The notes beneath the pieces were generated by a model. That model worked only from the letters and a program-made list of their open reading frames with translations. It had not been told where the DNA came from and ran no database searches. A stretch of DNA of 64,000 nucleotides from Octopus bimaculoides. Taxonomy: Eukaryota. The stretch is from positions 25,305,000 through 25,368,999 of the forward strand of contig NC_068999.1 in NCBI RefSeq assembly GCF_001194135.2, read 5' to 3'. Both the position numbers and the translations under genes were made by a program. Every line of letters starts with the position of its first letter. Within the stretch, counting starts at the first letter, position 1. Positions 40,488 to 51,600 of this stretch are shown here, piece by piece.

Positions 40488-43054
40488 GCTACGATTCAAC
40501 TATTACCCACCATTTTCAGTATGCATAGACTATTTCAAATTCCGCCGAGGTGGACTTCGCCTTTCATCCTTTCGGGGTCGATAAATTAAGTACCAGTTGC
40601 GTACTAAGGTCGATCTAATCGACTAGCTCCCTCCCCCAAAATGTCGGGCCTTGTGTCTAGAGTAGAAAAGTATGCATACGCTATATATCAGGATAGAGTA
40701 ATTTAGTTCTGAGTACGAGTTTGGCACAGGTGACTAACTTCGGTTGAGTCAAGTGTTCACGTATTCTTTGTGCATCATTTATATGCCTCCACCCCGTAAC
40801 TACCCGCTGAAATTTAGTATTTATCTTCGCCGAAGTATCTTCTCACAAGTATTCTACCCATGTATGGCGTTACATATATATGTTTATACATGTAAGTAGA
40901 TAATGAGATTTTAAAAATTACATTCATAACTAGATCCAACTACGTACAAGTCAGGGCATTATCTAACCTAACGGATGCAGTGACTATTTTCATTTTATGT
41001 ACGGAAATACACACAAATTCTGACAATACCTTTTAAATTTTACTTCAGTTTTTCGTTCATTTATATGCATGGATGGCATGCCTGTTGCACTGCTCCATCA
41101 CTATTCAACGGTGCACCCTCAGATTTGCAGTGATACACTTATTTCGAAATTCCATTTTTGCATTATTACAAACTGGTGCCCACCCAGAATATTGTGAAGC
41201 ACCCCCAGGCACAAAAGTCTGGGAATGAACCTGATACACTTTCTTTATTTACTTATTCCCGTTATCGTTAATGTCGTTGTCATAGTTGTAACTTGTTAAC
41301 AAACGGTTTATCATAATATAATATTAACATTTCACAAGTTAATATTTAAATAGGAGACAAAGACAAAAGAAAAAAATTATAAAAGATAAATTTATCGCAC
41401 CCCCTACTGCCACATTTTTCATCACTGATAGTACAGAATGTTCCACTGCTCTCCTACCCGCCCTCAGGGATCGATGCCGCCTATTTCGAGAGAGACTCGT
41501 TTATATGAAAAACAAATTTTGGAAACAGATATTACTCATAAATTGGTCATTTTATCGACAGAAAGGGCTATTACCGGTTATTTAGCGGAACATATTGAAA
41601 GTATTTAATCTTAACGTCCTGATAATCAACTGGTTGATTCCACTTTCGTTTCACCATACTGAAGAGAACGATGAAATAGGTATTATATCCCCTTTACAAA
41701 ACTGCATCCAACTAAACAGCGGAAACTGTATTAGGACGTGATTTAACAAACTGATGATAAATGTTTGGTTTCTATTTTGATACTTATACAAGGCACAAAA
41801 AAATAACTTACTTCTGAGTTGATCGAACTGTTATCTGTTTTATGTTCTATTTGGAGACTCAAACAACTGAAACTCTTTCGAGTTACTTTTATTGATGAAA
41901 AGCAGCGAAACTAAGCAAATTTTTATATATATATAAATGTTATTGTCAGGAATGTGGTATCAGTCGATCAAGACACTAAATCGTCAGTGATATGGCTTTA
42001 GCGAGACCACCGTTAAAAGGTTAATGATAGTATTTATGTTACTACTATGTTTAAATTAATAATATTTTTGTATACTGGGGTAGCTGGCAAAAATTGATGG
42101 GTTGAATGAAAGATTTTGGGGGTACTTTGATCTGTATCAGTTGCATACCTTTACATACGGTTGTCTTAGCCTTTCGTCTACTCTGAGGACATTAAAATTA
42201 GTACCAGGAAAGGAATGTACTGAGATTAATATAATCGATTAGAACCCTTGAAGATGGCCAGCGCAAAACCACAGTTGAATAACCAGTTTTATGGATCCAG
42301 TATTTTATTCACCGCCTGATGAGAGTAACAGTTATCTAAAAGGAACGTTCCCTAGCAATTGCAGCGAAGATTATGTGCATTTCCTTTATATCATGCATCA
42401 GAAGTTGGCTTTTTTTCTTGTTTATCTTTTTTTACCATTTTGACTGAATACCGTTATCAATTGAACGTTTGTTGTGAGTTTTCGCGAAAAATACCTCGCT
42501 GAGACTAATTATGGAATACGTATGAGTCTTACCACCTAGTGCGCGTGTGTATATGAGAATGAGTCATTAAGTACCCACAATACACTTATTTGTTTCCTAT
42601 TTGCGAGGAAATAATTTGGGCACGCATCACTAGACATTTTCTCAATATAGTCATAATAGGATGAGTATGGGAGATTTGTGAACTTGGGGTATAAATTGAG
42701 ATTCAGTGAGAGTCCTCTTCAGCGTATACGACAGCAATGAGACGTAAAACAGTAAAACTTTCGTTTCAATGTATAGCTAACGTATAGAAATTATTTGCGC
42801 GCAGTTTAGTTGTATTCTCATAACAGATAAGGTTTAGCTGATATCAAATGGTAAAACAATATTTTCGTCATAATGTTTATCGTCTGTTTGAAAATGGAAA
42901 TCGAATATTGAAACCTTTGGAAAAATCATAAATTGTAAGGTATCGATTTATCTTCTCCCCTCCTCTCTCTATCTATCTATATATCTATCTCCGCACTCAA
43001 TGTTGGTACACAAATGCATACACCTTTCACATGTGCCGCTCTCAAACGAGCATG

Positions 43055-43658
43055 GGATCTTGTTCAAAACGGGGGCACCAGTATTTTCTTAACGAAACAC
43101 TGAAACTTGGGACACTGGTAGAATGTGTCATATAAAACATCTTTTTCTCTTAGTCTTCTTAACAAAAAAACGTACATCGCAAGTTATTTCATGTTAAAGT
43201 TGTCATATTTCTGTAATTTCAACCAATGACTGACGTCCATTCAGTCGTATACATTAAGTGCTGACTACGTAAACAAACGATTCGCGGCGGTGATAAAATT
43301 ATTATTTCCTTGTCAAAAAATGGCTGAAGCATATTGGCAGTAGCTAATAAACCTTTCTATTATAGGCACAAGGCATGGTTTTTGAGGGAAGGAGCAAGTN
43401 NNNNNNNNNGAGATTAAATACGCTTTACACCGCTTAAAGTGCCAAAGGAGTAAGTATAAACAGCTGAATACTTGTCAGTGATTGGTTGAAATTATCGAAA
43501 TAAGACAATTTTTTACATGAAATAAATCCGAATACAAAAATTTTTTTCTGTTCTATAACACAAAATAGATAAGTATACGAAGTTTGAAAGTCTTTCGGTA
43601 CCAAAAACACTACATAAAACATAAATGAAAACTGGTGCCCCCGTTTTGAACAAGATCC
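43055..43658. mobile_element. Non-autonomous DNA transposon with GGATCTT ends and a perfect 8-bp TSD
   Basis: Perfect 28-bp TIR ggatcttgttcaaaacgggggcaccagt; TSD cgagcatg at 43047-43054 and 43659-43666; contains a 10-N gap. Confidence 0.85.
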
Positions 43659-44249
43659 CGAGCATGTCTTGGTAGCATGTATCCTGCTTTCGCTAATTGT
43701 TTTAGGTATCTATGTAGGTATCTTCTCGGCCTATTAACCCGGTGGAATATCGAGGATCGCAGCTGGTGGGAGAGCGGGCTGAACCAGCTCAAGACTAGTT
43801 TTAAGCTCAGTAGACCGGATCAGTATTAAATGAAACACATTACTGAAGGGCACAGTGCGACACTCGATCGAGTAATCGATCTCACAGCCTTATGACTGGA
43901 AGCCTGAACACCCTAACCACTAAGCCACAAACAGATAGAATGCACACGGCGAATTTTGTTCTATGTAGTAGTATCCGATTGCAGCCCTGTTTTTCAAATT
44001 TAAACCGCTGAGTTGGAAGAACACAATAAGAGAAGTAAAATTAAAGATTTTACTATTCTTCCTTCTCCCTTATTCTGACGAAAACAAATTCTCAACACCC
44101 TCCAAGGCCAAAAAAACAGTCTGTCGTCTGAGAGATGTTGATCCATTGTGATGAAGAATTAGATATTCAATAGTTTGACCTTCAACTCGCAATTAAATAG
44201 GACGAACTCCAGTGCAAATTGAAAGTCAATGAGTTGGGGAGATAGTTAA

Positions 44250-44253
44250 ATAA

Positions 44254-44322
<69 letters not shown>

Positions 44323-44325
44323 CAG
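44250..44325. repeat. (GATA)n microsatellite
   Basis: Direct reading. Confidence 0.95.
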
Positions 44326-45864
44326 ACAAATAAACTCACACACTGTGTGTGTGTGAAATATTGAGAGATGGAGCAACAGAAGGAGAATTTTTTCACTTCA
44401 GACTTCTACCACACTCTCGTTGTAGTATGTTAGTGTAGTTGTGTGTGATATAAGTGTATGTGCCTGCTTGCATGGGTATGAGGGGGAGGGATGTTTATTT
44501 ATTTCGTACAACAACAGTCACACATTGATGGAATCAGATAACTTAAATAACTAAATTGGGGAATGGTTAAAGGTGATAATTACTACGACGACATTAAATG
44601 ATAACACCACTGTGTGCTTTACTCTAAGCAGAAACTGCAACTCAGTTAATGCCTTTGACGTATTCGTATGTATCTCAGGATAAGACAATAGTTATATTAA
44701 AGAACTCTCTGGGATCTTAGTACTGATCATGTGACCGTTGAGATTTCTTGAAATAACAAATCAGAAGAGAGTGGTGGAAGAGGAAGACTGAAACCCAATG
44801 TTGTGAAGGCAGACTTGTAAAGTATTCAAGATGAAGTATTTTAAAGAGCTGAAATATATATCAAGACCATGCATATACAGGTCGGAATTAATAAAAAAAA
44901 ATCAGGTAGGTAAGGTGGGCTGAATAGCATTATATTATAAACAACTTCATAGCAAAAAATGAAAAGAGAGAGAGTACCAAATCAAGAGAACTGAAGACAC
45001 CAAACATGCCAGCAAGACAAGCTGGGTGGGCTTTGGTTCTGGTTGGAAACACTAACAACAAAAAACTTTGCTACAATAGCAATATTCAATGTCGATAAGG
45101 ATAAGGCTAATTCATTTATCTAAGAAGATAAGAGAATGACTGTAACAGTCATGCTGAAGAGAAATACATGGTTTCTCCCCTCAAATTCGACATTATCAGT
45201 CACAACCTCGTCAACAGCGATTTCAGATTTACCAGCATCAGACTCAATTTCCTTATCGTCAGTCTCAGTTACGTCATCAACTTTAATTTCGTTATCGTCA
45301 ACTTCAATGTCGTCACCGTCAGATAGAGCGAATTATTTTTTTTCTTTTACAAACAGACATTGACTTCAGTGATTACATTTAGAATTGTAAAAGAATGTGA
45401 ACATTAAAAATTTACAAAGGATCCCAAGCTTTGTATAGGGATAAAAATGTTCACACAACCGTAAAATGTACATACATACGTACATATAGTACATTAGATG
45501 CAAAGCTATATACTATACTATAGATAAAACATCGCAAAGACAAAAGTTAACAACACCAATTTAACTTTCTATTCTTTATTCCAATTTCTTATTGCTTTTA
45601 ACATATTCTTTAAAAAAACAACAGCAAAATCATTTTTGGTAATCAATGATTTAGCTCAGTGCCAATTAGTATAATATTAATAGATACAGGATTGACTTTG
45701 ATTTTGCTGGATCTTTTAAGAATATTTTAAGAGAAGTAAGAAATGGGAATGATGAATAAAAGGTTAAACTGGTGTTATCTATTTTTGTCTTTGCCATATA
45801 TATTCTTTTGTTTGTTTCAGTCATTTGACTGCGGCCATGCTGGAGCACCGTCTTTAATCGAACA

Positions 45865-46851
45865 GGATCTTTGTGGTTTTCGTCACTGTTTACAATTTTG
45901 TTCCAATTGTCTTCAAATTTGGTATATGGATTAATTTTTGTGTTCTAATTATGAAAATTTCGTTTTTGGATTTGGTTTGCAAGATTCTTTATGTGAGTTC
46001 GTGTGTTGAAGCATATTCTGTTGTGTCTGGGGAGTCATTTTCTTTTGGTGCCTTATAATTTGACACACTCACCGGTAAAATTTCCACTTATTTTGGACAG
46101 AGTCAACGACTATTGAAAAGGTTGCAAGGCGCAACGAAAATTTTAGAAAAATAAAAAATAAATAAGTGGAAATTTTACCGGTGAGTGTGTTAAATTATAA
46201 GGCACTAAAAGAGAATGACTCTTCCCAGACACAACAAATTATGAAAATGAAATTCGTTTTTCCTGTAAATCCATGATTAAAGTTATTAGCCTTTAAAATT
46301 TGCAAAATCTGGGTATTTCAGCCAATCAGAAGCGGGTATTTTACACTTCACCCTGGCGAAAAGTTCTGTTTCCATAGTAACCAAAGATGCTGCGCATGCA
46401 TACAATGAGGAGGAGATACGAGACAGATAATCTTCTTTCTTACTATAATGATACTCTTGTGTTTTTCTCCGTCACAACATATAAATGAGAAAGGAAGGGA
46501 TGACAGATGAATAGGGAAGGAAGGGGTGATGGCAAATTGATAGTGGGAGCGTTTCAACTCTGTGTGAGTATATGTGTGTGTGCGTGTACAAGGGAAGTAG
46601 CAATGTTTCGACATGCCGATGCCCCACCCATACCCCATGATGGCAGGAGCAGCGAACGCGGTGTTTTTTGATTGGCTGAAAGTTCTGGAATTATCAAACT
46701 TTGAACATCTGTTACATTTCTGCAAAATTTTTCTGGAATAAATGAATAACAAATTCGAATTCAGCATCAAAAATTACATCTATATGATACATTAAGAAAT
46801 TTTTAAAAAAAATAATTGTAAGCAGTAACGAAACGAAAACCACAAAGATCC
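45865..46851. mobile_element. Foldback-type MITE with GGATCTT ends, inserted into a SINE
   Basis: TIRs ggatctttgtggttttcg and cgaaaaccacaaagatcc; flanks atcgaaca/gtcgaact; internal inverted repeat of about 75 bp at 46018-46092 versus 46160-46236. Confidence 0.85.
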
Positions 46852-46995
46852 GTCGAACTAATCGACCCCAGAACTTATTCTATCGGTTCGTTTTGCCGAA
46901 CCGCTAAGTTATGGGGACGTAATCACACCGACATCGGTTGTCAAACGATGGTGGGGCGGGGCAATCACAAACACACAAAACATTTACACACACAC

Positions 46996-47042
<47 letters not shown>

Positions 47043-47211
47043 ATATACATACACGACAGGCTTCTTTCTGTTTCCTCTACTGAATCCACTCACAAAGCTT
47101 TGGTCGACCCGACGCTACAGTAGAAGACACTTGCTCAAGGTCCCATGAAGAGGGACTGAAACCGGAACCATGTGGTTACATTTGGTAGACGGAAACTGAG
47201 AGAAGCCCGTC

Positions 47212-47253
<42 letters not shown>

Positions 47254-47399
47254 TGTATGTACGTGTTTGTGTGTCTGTGTTTGTTCCCTCCCCCCACCAT
47301 CGCTTTACTTGTCCTATTTTCCATCTTTTGTCGTTTTTTTTTTTTGGCATATTTAACTCGTTTCTTTGTGTATTTCATGTAATTTGTGCCGTTGGTGTT

Positions 47400-47590
47400 A
47401 ATTATATATATATATAATTATATTATATATTATATTATATTATATTATATTATATCATATTGTATTATATCATATTGTATTATATCATATTGTATTATAT
47501 CATATTGTATTATATCATATTGTATTATATTATATCATATTGTATTTTATTATTTTATATTATATTATATTATATTATATACTATTTGTT
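47400..47590. repeat. (TATAT)n with a derived 15-bp unit tatatcatattgtat
   Basis: Direct reading. Confidence 0.9.
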
Positions 47591-50500
47591 ATGTGTATAT
47601 ATACATTTGAAATTTACAGAAAAAACAAAAGACGAAGACAGGTATATCAACAACAAGCAGGTGTATATACTTATACACATATAGTATTTATTCAATCCTA
47701 CTGTGACGAAATTTAAGCTGGCGATAACGAAATTGAAGACGATGACAACGTAATCGCGACTGACTATAACAAAATTGCGTCTAACAATGATCAATTTGAG
47801 AATGCTGTTGACAAGCTTGAAACTGATAATGTTGAAATTGGGGAGGAATCCCTGTAATATCGTTATGCCTTTGGACAACTAAGCCTGACATTGAAACTTC
47901 TGAACAATCAAAAAGTGTGCTGAAATCCTGTCCTTTCTAGAATACGTAATAAAGCTTTTGATCTTACTCCGCTTATTGGTAAGCTTCTGAAAGATTGATC
48001 TGTTACTGTCTGGTTGTGAGGGACAAACACAAAGACACGTGCTCTTTTCTTACTGTTTCTCTCTCCCAAATCTACTCACAAGGTTCTGGTCAGTCAGGGG
48101 TTATAGCTCTAATAGAAGACAGTTGCCCAAAGTGTCACACAGTGGAACTGAACACAGAACTATGTGACTGAGAAGCAAACTTCTTACTACACACCCACGC
48201 CTGCATGGCAGCAATCTAATGACTGAAACAAAGATGATAAAGATACACACATACATATAATATATGCCATTGTATTTTTGTGTAAGTGGTTGACACCAGT
48301 ACCTAGAAAAACATAATCGTCTATACTAAGTGTGACAACACTGGACATTTGAACTGCAAGGTCATTGTATCTGATGGGATTCCACAGAGAGTCGTCAATC
48401 CAAAACTATGGAGCTGGACACGTAACCTTTTGAGGAGCGAAATTGTTAACCATTCTGCCACGCCTGTTTGTACTTGGATATTCTTCAGTCATACACACAC
48501 ACACACACACACTTACACCCACTACTTTGTAATGAATATGATGTTGGGATTTTAAATATGAAATTATTATTGGGGTTCATTGCTATTATTTCTTGTAGTC
48601 AAATGTTCAGTTTTCCTGTAGGAATGTCTCACAGCAGACAGTATGAAAACAAGTAGACTCTTTGATATTTAGAAAACTTTGGTGTTGGGCGAAATATACG
48701 AACTACAGCAGACATTTGACTTTATGATATTGCTAGCAGAAAGTCACTAACGACCAATTTACATTCGTATAAAGAGCACACCGTTAAACAAACACTCAAA
48801 ATGCTTTATGTTAAGGTTTGTCGTATGATAATTATTTTTGGTCGATAATATTAAGACAAAATTGCACTATTTTACCTTTCAATTCAGTTACACTATATAT
48901 TCGCCAGATATTTCAATTCATGACTCGGAGTTTACTGATTACTAAAAATAAAATCCATTTAGCATTGCACCTATGGATCCTCTTGTTGTGAACGATTTGG
49001 CTTGTGTTTAAATATGTAACAACTTTCAGTTCTTTGAACTTGTGGTGTTTGGTTGTTTACCTCTGATAATATCACTGAACAAACACATGCACGATCAAAA
49101 GCATTTCATCTATGACCATCACATCTCTCTTTTTGACTCAATTCATGAAGGACAACATTATTCATTGTGAGCTTCTTCATTAATAAAACAGGAATTTATT
49201 TATAGGGGATTTGGCTGTTATTTCTAACAGCTCGAGCGACTGTATAGACTCCCATTCTAAACAGTGAAATTTATTAGTGTATCAGAATCTAATCCGTGAA
49301 GGATTCATATAAGTGATAATAATTTAGGTTTCACAGACAATAACATTTCAACTCAAGTGTTACGTATTATACCAGGCGTATAATTCTCGTGTAACTCATG
49401 CATAACCAGATATAAAACTGTTTTTTGCTTTACGAGCTTTCATGCCCTCTGCTTTTACGAGAGTAAACAAATATTGTAATGGTCATACGTTTATTTGCTG
49501 ACACAAAATGAAATAGGCTGTTAACAATCGAACTCAGACTGCAAAATTTAACTCTTGCACTATAGAGTTCCAGAATGTTATGCATTACATTTGATAGATA
49601 CAATTCTTCCCAAGTCGAGGTTACATATGTTGGCCAGAACTAATCACCCGAACAGAGGAGCAACCTAACCAACCGACAACTGACCAGGGTATGGGAACAT
49701 ATCTACAACCAGCATGGATAGCCTTGCAATGGTATGCTGAAGCTTCATTCAGTATAGGACCGAAAACAACTGAATGGAATGGAATCATGAACCATTTTTT
49801 CATATTGTTCAAAATCAGAAGCCAAATTAAATGAACTGGGAGTGGTTTTCACAACAAAATATTAAGCTAAAGAATTAATAGTGATTAGTTAGTGTAACTG
49901 AATTGTTATCCAAGAAGTTCGACCTAATTTGAGTAAATTATAAACACAGCGCAGATATTTCAGAAAATTGCTTTACCCTTTCGTTTAGCTTTCGAAATGG
50001 TTACAGAAGGAATATGATCTTACATTAACAGAAATTTGGATGCGATTAGCACTAATATTAACCTCACAATTACATAAATATATACATGGAATATATACAA
50101 TTGAATTAGAGCACAGAATTGTGATTTTGGCCACAGAAAGAAAACTTTTATCTCGTATTTTTAACAGAATACAGTTAATTACGTCGTAAAAAATCGAACT
50201 TGAAAACGATACGAGATAAATTTTCAATTGAAATAAACAATTTTCTTATGGCAAAGAATTAGATATTGTGTTATTTATCAATAAAAACAGGACGCATATT
50301 ACTTTGTACGGCGGATATTTTATGTTATAGTTTGTGTTTAAGTTATGTCATTTGCATCGAGATCTATCGATTATCGATGCGTCTAATTCTCGACACGAAT
50401 CTATAAGCTGTGACATCCAAGACGTCTACAGTCAATTGATAACTGTTTTTTTTCCCGCATTTTAGATTGGAGAGAGCAATGCTGATAACCTTTATAAGAC

Positions 50501-50889
50501 ACTAACCTCTTAGTCCCAGACTAAGTGATTGATGTCGTTGATTCTTTGACACATACGCCATAAAAACCGGGAAACCAAGTTCATTTGGGAACTTAAATCA
50601 AATGAACTTGGATAGAATTTGTTTATGATTTTATATAGTCCTATTTCAGCCGTGAAACGCGCGTAGTCTATGTACTAGCACTAACTTTTATACATTTATA
50701 CTTTCATACTTTATATTATCGTATTAATTTTTACTGTCCAATTTATAAATTTGATTTTTTAATTTTTTAAATTTATATTTTTATGACGAATGTCTCTTTA
50801 TATGATTTATTTATGTGGTATATTATTTAATTTAAAATCTTAGAGTAGTAAAGTAATTTCCTACTCGCTAGAGAAGCTTTAAGCCAGCA

Positions 50890-50963
50890 GGTTTTGGGAT
50901 CTGATGATACGCCGTAAAGCTAAGCGCTTTATGGACGTGAAACCCAGCGTAATCCCATAAACC
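50890..50963 (+). ncRNA. Putative type I hammerhead ribozyme
   Basis: Stem I ggttttgggat/atccca(t)aaacc; core CTGATGA 50901-50907; long stem II; GAAA 50939-50942; minimal stem III; GUA triplet 50949-50951. Confidence 0.7.
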
Positions 50964-50985
50964 GCCGTTTTCTAACTTTTTATAT

Positions 50986-51060
50986 TATACATACATACAT
51001 ACATACATACATACATACAAACATACATACATACATACATACATACATACATACATACAT
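50986..51060. repeat. (ATAC)n microsatellite
   Basis: Direct reading. Confidence 0.95.
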
Positions 51061-51061
51061 C

Positions 51062-51600
51062 GGTGGATGTAAACCAAATGATATTTTTGTGGTGCTTCCT
51101 TCTACAGATGTTGGAGCCTGGCATGTCGGAGATGTGGTCCCTAAATCCGCTAGCAGCTAGGGCCTCATTACAGTTGGGGGCAGCTGCATCAAAAATCTCT
51201 TCGCTGGAGGAAAGGTTCGTGATCCTCTCGCTAACACTCTTCACCAGGTTTTTGAACACAATGGATGGGTGACATGAGATTGTGTTGATAGTAGGGCCTG
51301 TATGTACCGGAGCCCAAGTCAAGCGTGACATCTAAGAAGTCCGTGGTGGTGAGTTTGGTCTCGATAGTGATTTTCAATCCTATGGAGCCCAAGTGTGCCA
51401 ATTAGATCTTTCCTAAGCCTGTCTAGGGTGTGCCAGTTTGCTCCTCTAGAGATGGTCAGGGCGTCATCTCTGTAGAGACCAAAGAGGACAGAGAGGAACT
51501 TTTTCTTCAGGGTATCAAGGACATACAACCCGATGATGTCGCATACATCAAGGGTATACAACCCGATGAGGTCGGATACGTCCTAAAGGACCGGTTGGTA
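51062..51600 (-). mobile_element. Penelope-like element RT fragment (frameshifted, truncated)
   Basis: IIGLYVLD..LFGLYRDDAL (YxDD), then SCHPSIVFKNLVKSVSERITNLSSSEEIFDAAAPNCNEALAASGF...KNIIWF, the RT-thumb/linker pattern of PLEs. Confidence 0.85.

Noticed and set aside
49622-49833. GC-richer stop-free plus frame (YICWPELITRTEEQPNQ...)
   Set aside because: No recognisable family and no clear splice sites; cannot be supported without a search
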